This document shows, piece by piece, positions 17,877 through 28,137 of a stretch of 34,702 nt of DNA (position 1 is the stretch's first letter; every line of letters starts with the position of its first letter). Location of the stretch: the NCBI GenBank assembly GCA_002410925.1, contig DHPR01000013.1, forward strand, positions 140,995-175,696, written 5' to 3'. Both the position numbers and the translations under genes were made by a program. The notes under the pieces are model-generated. The model was not told the origin of the DNA, made no database searches, and saw only the letters and a program-made list of their open reading frames with translations. The stretch comes from a bacterium UBP13_UBA5359. Its GTDB lineage: Bacteria > UBP13 > UBA5359.

Positions 17877-18991
17877 GTGTAATTATCCCGACAAAAAACC
17901 GATATATCTATCTGAAGGAGTGTATCAAGTCATTAATAAGCGTAAGACTTGATAATGTTGAGATTGTAATTCAGGACAATTCGGATAATAACAGTGAGAT
18001 TCTGCCGTATATGCAAGAGTATAGCTCTCCAATAATAAAATACTTCTACACTGACGACAAGATAGGGATGTCCGAGAATGCTTCAAGGGCAATAGAAAAT
18101 TCAAGCGGTAAGTATCTTATTTTCATCGGAGATGATGATACTGTTTGCTCGGATATATGCATGCTCGTAAGAATAATGGAGGAGAAACAGTTGGACAGCT
18201 GTGTTTTTACTCTTGCCAAATACTACTGGCCCGATAATAAATACTGCGACCAGAATCTGCCGAATCTTCAATATTCAGCTACAACAGGTAACGTGTGTAT
18301 GATTGACCCTATAAACGAGCTCAAGAAGGTCGTTGGCAGTTCCTATAATGGACTATGCAATATGCCGAAAATATATCACGGTCTTGTCACAAGGTCAGCC
18401 ATGGAAGAGGTGAAAAGAATATCCGGCTCGTATTTTCCAGGTCCCTCACCAGATATGGCTAATGCTGTTGCGCTATCACTTGTTGTGAAAAGACACGCAT
18501 ATGTTGACCGCATGGTGTTTGTTTCCGGTTACGGAGGAAACAGCGGTGGAAACCGTTTTCGCGGAATCAGCATAGACGATAAGGGCAAAATACCTTGGCT
18601 CCCGGCTGACATAGCCGAAACATGGTTTGAGAGATTGCCGCGCGTATACACGAATCAAGTCATATGGGCGCAATCAGCTTTTGAGGCGCTGAAGCGTATG
18701 GACGCTCTTGAGGAGTATAAGAAATATATAAATTATCATAAAATTTACGCACACTATCTCTCGTATATTCCGCGTTTTGGTGATATAACAAAGTTTCACC
18801 CGGGCTTTGTCGTAATCATGAAAACTCTTTGCTTGTGGCTTGTGTTTATAGTACGCAGAATGAAAAATCTTATTTCAAGAAAAGTTATCCGGCGTATGCC
18901 CTCTGACGTGCTGTGTAAATTTAAGGTTCCGTCTCTGTGCGACGCACAGCAGTTAATCGAAGGATATAACCGGAATATGGTGAAATGGTGA
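17864..18991 (+). CDS. Glycosyltransferase family 2
   Basis: LLSVIIPTKNR, EIVIQDNSD, SGKYLIFIGDDD. Confidence 0.9.
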   Translation: MPLLSVIIPTKNRYIYLKECIKSLISVRLDNVEIVIQDNSDNNSEILPYMQEYSSPIIKYFYTDDKIGMSENASRAIENSSGKYLIFIGDDDTVCSDICMLVRIMEEKQLDSCVFTLAKYYWPDNKYCDQNLPNLQYSATTGNVCMIDPINELKKVVGSSYNGLCNMPKIYHGLVTRSAMEEVKRISGSYFPGPSPDMANAVALSLVVKRHAYVDRMVFVSGYGGNSGGNRFRGISIDDKGKIPWLPADIAETWFERLPRVYTNQVIWAQSAFEALKRMDALEEYKKYINYHKIYAHYLSYIPRFGDITKFHPGFVVIMKTLCLWLVFIVRRMKNLISRKVIRRMPSDVLCKFKVPSLCDAQQLIEGYNRNMVKW

Positions 18992-19965
18992 TGGGACAGA
19001 AGAAAATATGCTTGCCTTAGGCACAAGGCGGAGGCTAAAAGATGTGTCATCTCGTAAACAAGATGAAGACTCGTAGAAACCTCAATACTGTCGTTTGTGT
19101 GGGAGGGTAGCAAGGCAAATGCTGGACTAGGTGCTGGAAATATTTCATTTTGAATCGTATCAAAAATGTTTGAAGCTGCTAAGCCTGGTGCCGTACTTAT
19201 TCACGGTGATACATCAATAACTTTCGTGACTGCTCTTGCCTATTTCTATTTTCAAATACCCGTAGGATGTTGAGGCAGGTTTTCGTAAATATAACATATA
19301 TTCACCATACCCCGAAGAATTCAATCGGTAAGCAGTAGGAATTGTTACAAAGTACAATTTTTGCACCTACAGAACTATCAATGCAAAACCTTTTACGTAA
19401 AGGAAAGAAACCAGAAGCCATTTTCGTCACTGAAAACACTGCAATAGACGCACTTAAAACAACTATAAAAAAGATTACACCTGTCCCGAACTTGAATAGG
19501 CGATGGACAGCCGTCTCATTATGATTACTGCACACCGTCGCGAGAATTTCGACAAGCCGATGCATTATATGTTTCGTTCAATTCGTCGTATTATAGATGA
19601 ACATACGGATGTTAAGGCACTGTATCCGATACATACGAACCCCCGTTGTCCGTTAGACAGCACAAAAGGAACTCGGAGATTGTGGCAGAATCTATATAAC
19701 GGAGCTGCTTGATGTCATTGACTGTCACAATATTATGGCGCACAGTTATATGATTCTTACAGGCTCCGGCGGAATTCAAGAGGAAGCACTGTCTCTCGGG
19801 AAGCCTCTTCTTGTGATGCGTGATACAACCGAGCGTCCCGAAGAGAGCAAAGCCGGAACATTAAAGCTTGTCGGTACAGACGAAGAGATTGTTTATGAAA
19901 ACTTCAAGCTGTTGCTTGAGGATAAGTATGCGTATAAAGCTATGGCCTGAGCAGCAATCCATAAT
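18991..19965 (+). pseudogene. wecB: Heavily frameshifted non-hydrolysing UDP-GlcNAc 2-epimerase
   Basis: Motifs recovered across frames: NTVVCV, RQMLD*VLEIF, KPGAVLIHGDT, VEAGFRKYNIYSPYPEEFNR, FAPTE, NTAIDAL, ITAHRREN, SGGIQEEALSLGKPLLVMRDTTERPE, GTLKLVGT. Many stops and shifts; the C-terminus is lost near the NPYGDG position. Confidence 0.9.
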
Positions 19966-19988
19966 AAAGAATTAATTCATGGGGGTTC

Positions 19989-21023
19989 ATGATTATGGGA
20001 CTATTTAAAGACAAAACTCTCCTCATAACCGGTGGCACCGGTACTTTTGGCAATGCCGTTTTGCAAAGGTTCATAAATACCGGCCTAAAAGAAATCCGCA
20101 TTTTTTCCCGCGATGAGAAAAAGCAGGATGATATGCGCAAGGCATATTGTAATCCCAAGCTTAAGTTTTATATTGGTGATGTACGCCATGAGGACAGCTT
20201 AAGGGATGCTATGGCCGGAGTGGATTTTATCTTCCACGCCGCTGCCTTAAAACAGGTTCCATCATGCGAATTCTTTCCGATAGAAGCGCTGAGAACCAAT
20301 GCCCTTGGAACGGAAAACGTTCTGAACGCTGCTATTAGAAACAATGTAAAAAGGGTTATCGTTCTCAGCACGGATAAGGCCGTCTATCCCATAAATGCCA
20401 TGGGCATCTCCAAGGCCATGATGGAAAAGCTGGCCGTAGCCAAATCAAGGGTAGCGGGGGAGAATACCATCATTTCTATTACCCGCTATGGCAATGTTAT
20501 GGCCAGCCGCGGCTCTGTTATCCCTCTCTTTATCAAACAGATCCAGGAGGGGCAGCCGCTGACCGTAACGGATCCGGCCATGACTCGTTTTATGATGACC
20601 ATAGAGGATGCGGTTGATCTGGTGATATATGCCTTTGAGCATGGCAGCCCCGGCGACACCTTTGTGCAGAAGGCGCCCTCCTGCACGCTGAGCACTCTGG
20701 CGCTGTCTTTGCGAAAGCTGCTTGGCGTGGATAACCCTGTAAAAGTTATCGGCGTCAGGCATGGGGAAAAGCTCTATGAAACGCTGCTTACCCGCGAGGA
20801 GATGGCCGTAGCCGAGGACATGGGCGGTTATTACAGAGTGCCGGCCGATAACCGTGATCTCAACTATTCAGTCTATTTCAGTGAGGGGAGCCATGAGGTT
20901 GCCGTCAGGGAGGATTACAATTCGCATAATACCGATCTTCTGGATGTTGGCGGCATGTGCGAATTGCTGCTTAAGCTGGATTGCGTACGACAGGCTCTTA
21001 ATGGGGAAAAAGTGGAGGTATAA
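19989..21023 (+). CDS. fnlA: UDP-GlcNAc 4,6-dehydratase/5-epimerase (FnlA/CapE/WbjB)
   Basis: TGGTGTFG, FSRDEKKQDDMR, HAAALKQVPSCEF, STDKAVYPINAMGISK, RYGNVMASRGSV, RHGEK, YNSHNT. First gene of the fnlABC triplet. Confidence 0.95.
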   Translation: MIMGLFKDKTLLITGGTGTFGNAVLQRFINTGLKEIRIFSRDEKKQDDMRKAYCNPKLKFYIGDVRHEDSLRDAMAGVDFIFHAAALKQVPSCEFFPIEALRTNALGTENVLNAAIRNNVKRVIVLSTDKAVYPINAMGISKAMMEKLAVAKSRVAGENTIISITRYGNVMASRGSVIPLFIKQIQEGQPLTVTDPAMTRFMMTIEDAVDLVIYAFEHGSPGDTFVQKAPSCTLSTLALSLRKLLGVDNPVKVIGVRHGEKLYETLLTREEMAVAEDMGGYYRVPADNRDLNYSVYFSEGSHEVAVREDYNSHNTDLLDVGGMCELLLKLDCVRQALNGEKVEV

Positions 21024-21047
21024 GTTTAGATGGGGGAAGAGGTCAGA

Positions 21048-22169
21048 ATGCGGATATTGGTGACTGGCGCTCGTGGTTTTGTGGGCAAAAATTTATGTGT
21101 TGCTTTACGTCGTTTGCCGAATCTGGAGTTGTTTGAGTATGATGTAGACAGCAGACTGCAGTATTTGGATGAAGCTCTGGCGGTTGCTGATATCATATTC
21201 CACCTGGCGGGAGTGAATCGTCCGCAGAATGCGGAGGAGTATCGGGCTGGCAACGCCGGCTTTACCGCCGAAATTTGCAAAAAGCTGCAACGGCTGGGAC
21301 GTGCTCCCAAGATAGTTATGAGTTCTTCTATTCAGGCAAAGCTCAATAACCCCTATGGAATCAGCAAAAGATTTGCCGAAGGAATTTTAAGGCGCTTTGC
21401 TGTAGATACCGGCGCTGAGTGCGTGGCATACAGGTTGAAGAACCTCTTCGGCAAATGGTGTCGGCCCAACTATAACTCGGTAACGGCAACTTTCTGTTAC
21501 AATGCGTCTCACGGTCTGCCTTTGCAGATATCGGACAGGAATAATGTGGTGGATCTTACCTATATAGATGATGCGGTACAGGCGTTTGTTATGGAGATCG
21601 AGCGACCCTCTCGCCCGGGCTTCCGCTTTGCCTCGCCGCTGGCTTCGCATGCCGTAACCTTGGGGGAACTGGCAGATACCATTAAGGGGTTTGCAGATCA
21701 TAGGGGCACGTTACAGCTACCTAATTATGAGGAGACTTTTATCCGTGCGCTCTATGCTACCTATCTCTCCTATCTGGATACCGATGATTTTGCTTATAAT
21801 TTAGATATCAAATCCGACGACAGAGGTGGTTTAGCGGAACTCATCAAAGCTCCCTGCTTTGGGCAGATATTCGTATCAAGAACAAAGCCTGGTATTACCA
21901 GAGGCAACCACTACCATCATACCAAGACTGAGAAATTTATGGTGCTTCAGGGAGAGGGTGTTATTCGTTTTCGCCGGATAGATGGAAATGAAGTGATAGA
22001 GTATCTCGTTAAGGGAGAGGAGTATCGGGTAGTGGATATCCCACCGGGATATACGCATTCCATCGAGAATGTTGGTGACAAGGAAATGGTAACTCTCTTC
22101 TGGAGCAGCGAAGTATTTGACCCTGATAGTCCTGATACATACTGGGATACAGTAATTCCGTCCAAATAA
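21048..22169 (+). CDS. fnlB: UDP-2-acetamido-2,6-dideoxy-hexulose reductase with cupin domain (FnlB/CapF/WbjC)
   Basis: TGARGFVGKNL, HLAGVNRP, SSSIQA..NPYGISK, FGKWCRPNYNS, and cupin RGNHYHHTKTEKF..IPPGYTHSIEN. Start at ATG 21048 (track: 21030). Confidence 0.95.
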   Translation: MRILVTGARGFVGKNLCVALRRLPNLELFEYDVDSRLQYLDEALAVADIIFHLAGVNRPQNAEEYRAGNAGFTAEICKKLQRLGRAPKIVMSSSIQAKLNNPYGISKRFAEGILRRFAVDTGAECVAYRLKNLFGKWCRPNYNSVTATFCYNASHGLPLQISDRNNVVDLTYIDDAVQAFVMEIERPSRPGFRFASPLASHAVTLGELADTIKGFADHRGTLQLPNYEETFIRALYATYLSYLDTDDFAYNLDIKSDDRGGLAELIKAPCFGQIFVSRTKPGITRGNHYHHTKTEKFMVLQGEGVIRFRRIDGNEVIEYLVKGEEYRVVDIPPGYTHSIENVGDKEMVTLFWSSEVFDPDSPDTYWDTVIPSK

Positions 22170-22190
22170 GCAGTTGAATTTTATAATGGA

Positions 22191-23324
22191 GTGAGTGGGA
22201 TGAAAGTAATAACTGTGGTCGGCACCCGTCCTGAGATAATACGCCTTTCACGCGTGATGGCAGCGCTGGATCGTTATACCAAGCATATTATCGTTCATAC
22301 AGGGCAAAACTACGATTATGAATTGAATGAGGTCTTTTTCAAAGAACTGGAGATTAGAAAACCTAATTATTTTCTTGAATGCGCCGGTGAAACGGCTTGC
22401 GAAACGGTAGGGCAGGTTATTGCCAGAGTCGATGAGGTGCTTGTAAAGGTTAAACCTGATGCCTTGCTTATATTGGGAGATACCAACAGTTGTTTGGCTG
22501 CATATCCTGCCAAGCGAAGAAAAATTCCTGTTTTTCATATGGAGGCTGGGAACCGTTGCTTTGATCAGCGGGTTCCTGAGGAGATCAATAGGAAGATTGT
22601 TGATCATATCAGCGATATAAACATGCCGTACAGCAGCATATCCAGAGAGTATCTATTACGGGAAGGGCTTTCGCCCGATAGAATCATCAAAACAGGGAGT
22701 CCCATGTATGAGGTGCTGCACTACTATATGCCTAAAATTATGGCATCAGACATTCTTCAGCGGCTTGATTTAAAGGAACATGATTATTTTGTTATCAGTG
22801 CGCATCGGGAGGAGAATATTGATGATCCGGTGCAATTTAATAACCTTATGGCTACCTTAAATAAGCTTGCAAATACTTACCAAAAAAGGATAATAGTTTC
22901 AACGCATCCGCGTACCCGTAAACGTATTGAGCTTGAAGATGCCAAACTAGATGACATGGTAGAGTTGGTAAAGCCTCTCGGTCTTTGCGATTATGTGAAG
23001 TTGCAGATGAATGCGAAAGCTGTTCTATCGGACAGCGGTACCATAACAGAGGAGAGCTCTATCCTGAATTTCCCGGCGTTGAATATTCGTAACGCTCATG
23101 AGCGTCCGGAGGGTATGGAAGAGGGAGCAGTGATGATGACAGGCTTGGACCCCATAAGAGTAATGGAAGGTCTAAAGATACTGGAAAGTCAGCCAAGAGG
23201 TAATGAGCGTATGCTCGATATAGTGGACGACTATTGTTGGCCTAACGTCAGTGAGAAGGTTGTGCGCATTATCATGAGCTATGCAGATTATGTAAATAGA
23301 TATGTTTGGCATAAGGGGAAATAA
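22191..23324 (+). CDS. fnlC: UDP-2-acetamido-2,6-dideoxy-L-talose 2-epimerase (FnlC/CapG/WbjD)
   Basis: [63 protein letters not shown]. The start may be ATG 22200. Confidence 0.95.
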   Translation: MSGMKVITVVGTRPEIIRLSRVMAALDRYTKHIIVHTGQNYDYELNEVFFKELEIRKPNYFLECAGETACETVGQVIARVDEVLVKVKPDALLILGDTNSCLAAYPAKRRKIPVFHMEAGNRCFDQRVPEEINRKIVDHISDINMPYSSISREYLLREGLSPDRIIKTGSPMYEVLHYYMPKIMASDILQRLDLKEHDYFVISAHREENIDDPVQFNNLMATLNKLANTYQKRIIVSTHPRTRKRIELEDAKLDDMVELVKPLGLCDYVKLQMNAKAVLSDSGTITEESSILNFPALNIRNAHERPEGMEEGAVMMTGLDPIRVMEGLKILESQPRGNERMLDIVDDYCWPNVSEKVVRIIMSYADYVNRYVWHKGK

Positions 23325-23355
23325 TATAACAGCTAAATTAGAAGAGAGGTCTTGC

Positions 23356-24366
23356 ATGTCTAAGATACTCGTTACCGGTGCGGCCGGGTTTATAGGTTTT
23401 CATCTCAGCGGGCGCCTAATGGCGCGGGGAGATGAAGTGGTTGGCCTTGATAATATAAATGATTACTATGATGTCTCGCTTAAGGAAGCTCGGCTATCGC
23501 AGTTGAAGGAGAACAGGGCTTTCAAATTCTATAAGCTGGACCTTTCTGATTTGCCGGGACTGATGGGTGTATTCGAAAAGGAGCGGCCGGCTGTGGTGGT
23601 CAACCTGGCTGCTCAGGCTGGAGTGCGTTATTCGTTAAAGAATCCTCACACTTATGTACAGAGCAACCTGGTAGGCTTTGTAAATATTCTGGAGGGCTGC
23701 CGGTATCATAATGTCAAGCATCTGGTTTATGCTTCATCCAGTTCGGTTTATGGGGCCAACACCAGCATTCCCTTCTCTGTCCATGACAATGTGGATCACC
23801 CGGTAAGTCTCTATGCTGCCAGCAAGAAGGCCAATGAGTTGATGGCGCATACTTACAGCCATCTTTACGGTTTGCCCACTACCGGACTTCGTTTCTTCAC
23901 TGTTTACGGCCCCTGGGGCCGGCCGGATATGGCACTCTTTCTCTTTACCAAGGCTATATTGGAAGGAAAGCCGATAGATGTATTTAATTATGGTAAAATG
24001 GAAAGGGACTTTACTTATATTGACGATATTATCGAAGGAGTGGTCCGGGTAGCTGATAGAATACCGCAGCCTGATTCCAGTTGGTCTGGGGCTAATCCCG
24101 ATCCCGGCACCAGCTCTGCGCCTTACAGGGTTTATAATATCGGCAATAACCGGCCGGTGGAGCTGCTTTATTTTATCGAGACTATTGAGAATTGCCTTGG
24201 GAAGAGGGCTGAGAAGAGGCTTTTGCCGATGCAGCCCGGTGATGTTCCGGCTACCTATGCGGATGTGGATGATCTTATGCGGGATACCGGCTTCAAGCCG
24301 GATACTCCTATTGAAGTAGGAATCAGGCTATTTATAGAGTGGTATAGGGAATATTATCGGGTGTGA
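23356..24366 (+). CDS. uge: UDP-glucuronate 4-epimerase (Uge/CapI type)
   Basis: [75 protein letters not shown] before ATG 23356. Confidence 0.93.
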   Translation: MSKILVTGAAGFIGFHLSGRLMARGDEVVGLDNINDYYDVSLKEARLSQLKENRAFKFYKLDLSDLPGLMGVFEKERPAVVVNLAAQAGVRYSLKNPHTYVQSNLVGFVNILEGCRYHNVKHLVYASSSSVYGANTSIPFSVHDNVDHPVSLYAASKKANELMAHTYSHLYGLPTTGLRFFTVYGPWGRPDMALFLFTKAILEGKPIDVFNYGKMERDFTYIDDIIEGVVRVADRIPQPDSSWSGANPDPGTSSAPYRVYNIGNNRPVELLYFIETIENCLGKRAEKRLLPMQPGDVPATYADVDDLMRDTGFKPDTPIEVGIRLFIEWYREYYRV

Positions 24367-24450
24367 GGCCGATGCCTGGGATCTTGCGGCGGCACAGGCA
24401 TAGGGCTGATAGGGAGCTGATAACGGCTTGAAAGCTAAGGTGCTTATGTT

Positions 24451-25458
24451 ATGAATATATTAGTGACCGGCGGTGCCGGATATATAGGATCTCATACTTG
24501 TGTTGCTTTGCTGGAGGCAGGACATACGGTTATTGTTGCGGATAATCTCTGTAACAGCAAGGCTGATGCCTTAGAGCGGGTAAAAGAGATAACCGGCAGG
24601 GAAGTAAGCTTTCACCGGATAGATGTGACGGAGGAAGCCGCTGTAAATTCTCTTTTTGCTGCTTACTCCATTGACGGAGTCATCCATTTTGCCGGTTTTA
24701 AAGCGGTTGGTGAATCTGTAGAAAACCCTTTGAAGTATTATTTTAACAATACTGTCAGCACTATGCTTCTGGCTGGAGCCTGCCGAAGATATGGTGTAAA
24801 GCATTTTGTATTCAGTTCATCGGCCACGGTATATGGAGATAATCAAGTTCCTTTTATGGAATCCATGCCGCTATTGCCTGCTACAAGCCCTTACGGTGAG
24901 ACAAAAGCTATGAGTGAGCGCATCTTAACCGACATCGCCAAAGCAAATTCGGCCTGGTCGGTAGCCTTGCTGAGATATTTCAACCCTGTTGGGGCACATG
25001 AGAGCGGTTTGATAGGCGATGCGCCAAGCGGTATTCCCAATAACCTGATGCCGTATATTACTCAGGTAGCCAAAGGAAAATTGGCTAAACTGAGAATCTT
25101 CGGCAATGATTATCCTACGGCGGACGGCACAGGGGTTAGGGATTATATCCATGTTATGGATTTAGCCGAAGGCCATGTAGCGGCGCTGCATAAATTATCC
25201 GCAGGGGCGCATATCTACAATCTGGGTACCGGACAGGGTACCAGTGTCATGCAGTTGGTTAAGGCCTTTGAGGAGGCTAACGGCATAGAGCTGCCTTATG
25301 AAATAACGGCCAGGAGGCCTGGCGATATTGCTGAATACTATGCTGACGCTTCAAAAGCAGAAAGGGATTTGGGCTGGGCTGCCAAACGTGGTTTGATGGA
25401 GATGTGCCGGGATGCCTGGCGATTTGAGCAAAGGAAGAGTCATGGCGGCTATACGTAA
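24451..25458 (+). CDS. galE: UDP-glucose 4-epimerase
   Basis: TGGAGYIGSH, HFAGFKAVGES, FSSSATVYG, PYGETK, LRYFNPVGAH, PNNLMPY, DGTGVRDYIHV, RRPGD. Confidence 0.96.
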   Translation: MNILVTGGAGYIGSHTCVALLEAGHTVIVADNLCNSKADALERVKEITGREVSFHRIDVTEEAAVNSLFAAYSIDGVIHFAGFKAVGESVENPLKYYFNNTVSTMLLAGACRRYGVKHFVFSSSATVYGDNQVPFMESMPLLPATSPYGETKAMSERILTDIAKANSAWSVALLRYFNPVGAHESGLIGDAPSGIPNNLMPYITQVAKGKLAKLRIFGNDYPTADGTGVRDYIHVMDLAEGHVAALHKLSAGAHIYNLGTGQGTSVMQLVKAFEEANGIELPYEITARRPGDIAEYYADASKAERDLGWAAKRGLMEMCRDAWRFEQRKSHGGYT

Positions 25459-25945
25459 TAATATTTATCGCTACCGTTATCCTCTCATGCTAATAATCTG
25501 GATGCTCTTCATATTCATTCTTTCCACTGATTTGGGCTCTGAGACGCATACCATGGGCTGGACTTCAAAATTGATCCGCTATCTCTTTCCGGATATCAGT
25601 GCGCATGGCTTAAAGCTGGCTTCCAAGATTATTCGTAAGGCTGCACATGTGACGGAGTATGCCGTTATGGCCTTTCTGCTGGCCGGGACTTTACGTTCGT
25701 TGTTCTCCATATACGGCAGGAAGCTGGCTGCAGGAACCGTTGTTATATGTGCTGCTTTTGCCGGACTGGATGAGTTCCATCAGGGCTTTGCAGGCACCAG
25801 AACTCCTTTGATTAGCGATGTTTTTATAGATATCTGTGGCGCAGCTCTGGGAGTTTTGATCTTTACGGTATGGTATAGCAAGGTATCCACTTATCGAATA
25901 TATTCAAGAGCACGGTTGAGGGATAACAAGCCAGGCCGTAGATGA
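25442..25945 (+). CDS. VanZ family membrane protein
   Basis: WMLFIFILS, IRKAAHVTEYAV, DEFHQGF..R...DVFIDICG. Start at ATG 25442 (track: 25412). Confidence 0.9.
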   Translation: MAAIRNNIYRYRYPLMLIIWMLFIFILSTDLGSETHTMGWTSKLIRYLFPDISAHGLKLASKIIRKAAHVTEYAVMAFLLAGTLRSLFSIYGRKLAAGTVVICAAFAGLDEFHQGFAGTRTPLISDVFIDICGAALGVLIFTVWYSKVSTYRIYSRARLRDNKPGRR

Positions 25946-25963
25946 AAGAGGTGTAAGCAGGGT

Positions 25964-25990
25964 AAGGAGTTCATGAATGGACTCCTTTTT
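25964..25990 (+). terminator. Probable intrinsic terminator after the VanZ gene
   Basis: AAGGAGTTCAT..ATGGACTCCTT stem (one G-U pair) running into a T tract. Confidence 0.65.
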
Positions 25991-26098
25991 AGGATACAAT
26001 AATTGGGCAGGATTATTGCATCCTATTTCTGCCGGCAGTTGCCATAAAAAGAGAAAAAGGCTATTATGCATTTATATGAAAAGTATCGGAGGGTGCAC

Positions 26099-27130
26099 AT
26101 GAGAAAAGCATTGATAACCGGTATTACAGGTCAGGACGGCTCGTATCTGGCTGAGTTGCTGCTGGATAAAGGCTATGAAGTTCATGGTATCATCAGGCGT
26201 GTGTCACTCTTGAATACAGCGCGTATAGATCACCTCCATAAGGATCTGCATGAGCAGGTAAACAAGATACAGCTGCACTACGGCGATCTGAGTGATTCCA
26301 CCGGATTGCGGCGTATACTGGAGAAGGTTGAGCCGGATGAAATATATAACCTTGGGGCGCAATCGCATGTCAGGATATCTTTTGAACAGGCGGAGTATAC
26401 GGCCGATGTTGCCGGTCTGGGTGCACTGCGTCTGCTGGAAGCTATCAGAGATTATCAGGAACGCACCGGGCATGAGGTTCGTTTTTATCAGGCCGGAAGT
26501 TCGGAAATGTTTGGATCCGCCAAGCCGCCGCAAGCTCTGACGACGCCGTTTCATCCGCGCAGCCCTTATGCTGTGGCCAAGGCTTACGCTTTCTGGCAAA
26601 CTGTGAATCATCGTGAGGCATACGGGCTTTATGCCGCTAATGGCGTTCTTTTCAATCATGAATCACCTAGAAGAGGTGAAACCTTTGTTACTCGGAAAAT
26701 CACTCGCGCCGCCGGACGTATTAAAATGGGTTTGCAGAATAAGCTTTATCTGGGCAATCTGGAGGCCAGGCGTGATTGGGGCCATGCCAGGGATTACGTG
26801 GAAGCCATGCATCTGATGTTGCAGCAGGATGCTCCGGGCGATTATTTAGTGGCTACTGGTGAGTCTCATACGGTGCGTGAGTTTGCTGAGCAGGCGTTTG
26901 CTTTGCTGGGATTGGATTACAACGATTACATTGAAGTTGATCCGCGTTTCTTCCGGCCGGCGGAGGTGGATTATCTACAGGGAGATGCGGCGCTGACTTA
27001 TGAACAGCTTAACTGGCGCCCCAGGACCAGCTTTGTACAGCTTGTAAAAGAGATGGTGGAAGCGGATCTGGAACTGGCGCGTCAAGAACGCATATTGAAA
27101 GATGCCGGGCATGAGTTGATACCTATGTAG
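26099..27130 (+). CDS. gmd: GDP-mannose 4,6-dehydratase
   Basis: [75 protein letters not shown] before ATG 26099. Confidence 0.96.
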   Translation: MRKALITGITGQDGSYLAELLLDKGYEVHGIIRRVSLLNTARIDHLHKDLHEQVNKIQLHYGDLSDSTGLRRILEKVEPDEIYNLGAQSHVRISFEQAEYTADVAGLGALRLLEAIRDYQERTGHEVRFYQAGSSEMFGSAKPPQALTTPFHPRSPYAVAKAYAFWQTVNHREAYGLYAANGVLFNHESPRRGETFVTRKITRAAGRIKMGLQNKLYLGNLEARRDWGHARDYVEAMHLMLQQDAPGDYLVATGESHTVREFAEQAFALLGLDYNDYIEVDPRFFRPAEVDYLQGDAALTYEQLNWRPRTSFVQLVKEMVEADLELARQERILKDAGHELIPM

Positions 27131-27237
27131 AGTTGCTTGCAGCCCGGGCAGTATGAGTTTGAAATGATATTAAGATAATTCCTCGTTAGATTATCGCAAA
27201 TAAGCAAAAGAAGTTTTTTGAAGGATATTGATAAACC

Positions 27238-28137
27238 ATGATAACAAAGGCTGTTATTCCGGCGGCAGGCCTGGGCACAAGGCTGCTGCCTATTACAAAA
27301 TCCCAACCTAAAGAGATGCTTCCATTGGGAAGCAAGCCCTGTATTCAGTATATAGTGGAGGAATTGGGCAGAGCGGCTACTCAGGATATTCTCTTTGTAA
27401 CCGGTCAGAAAAAGAGGGCCATAGAGGATCACTTTGATACTGATGTGGAACTGAATCGCATGCTCAAAATGGGCAATTACGGTGATCTGCTGGATGAGAT
27501 CGATTTTGAAGCGCTGGGGCAAACCTTCTTTTATACCAGGCAGCGCTATCCCGCCGGCCTGGGTGATGCTATAAGCTACGGCAGGGATTTTACAGCGAAT
27601 GAACCCTTTTATGTGGCTTTAGGCGATTCCGTTATTTATGAGGAGCGCCCAGCCGCTCTGCTGGAGCGTATGACAGAGGTGTTCCGGGAGAGAGAGTGCT
27701 CCTTTGTCATTGCTGTGGAAGAGGTAGAGCCGGAAGATGTTCGTAAATACGGTATAGTCTCTATAGGTCCCGCAGAGGGTGATGACATTCATCCCATAAC
27801 TGATCTGGTGGAGAAGCCGCCTGTGGGTATGGCTCCCAGCAATCTGGCCATTGCCGCCAGATATATCTTTGATTCCTCTATCTATGATGCGTTACAAAGC
27901 ACGCTGCCGGACAGCCGGGGAGAGATACAGCTTACCAATGCAATACGGATCCTTCTTAAGCAAGGCAAATGTGGATATGCTGTCAGAATGACTAATGGCC
28001 AGCGCCGCTATGATATAGGCAATATGGAGAGTTACTACAAGGCTTTTTTGGACTTTGCTCTCAGAGACGAAAGATACGGATACAGTCTGCGGCAGTATAT
28101 CAATCGTAACCTGGGGAAGGAGGCCACCTGGCGATGA
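27238..28137 (+). CDS. galU: UTP:sugar-1-phosphate uridylyltransferase (GalU family)
   Basis: KAVIPAAGLGTRLLPITKSQPKEMLP, IEDHFD, GLGDAI, LGD, VEKP, GEIQLT, RYDIG. Exact substrate uncertain (see findings). Confidence 0.88.
   Translation: MITKAVIPAAGLGTRLLPITKSQPKEMLPLGSKPCIQYIVEELGRAATQDILFVTGQKKRAIEDHFDTDVELNRMLKMGNYGDLLDEIDFEALGQTFFYTRQRYPAGLGDAISYGRDFTANEPFYVALGDSVIYEERPAALLERMTEVFRERECSFVIAVEEVEPEDVRKYGIVSIGPAEGDDIHPITDLVEKPPVGMAPSNLAIAARYIFDSSIYDALQSTLPDSRGEIQLTNAIRILLKQGKCGYAVRMTNGQRRYDIGNMESYYKAFLDFALRDERYGYSLRQYINRNLGKEATWR

Noticed and set aside
19342-19950. Three small plus-strand ORFs as separate genes
   Set aside because: They are consecutive frameshifted pieces of the wecB pseudogene.
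25442-25945. Glycopeptide resistance determinant
   Set aside because: VanZ-family genes are common in polysaccharide loci, and no van ligase or regulator genes are present.
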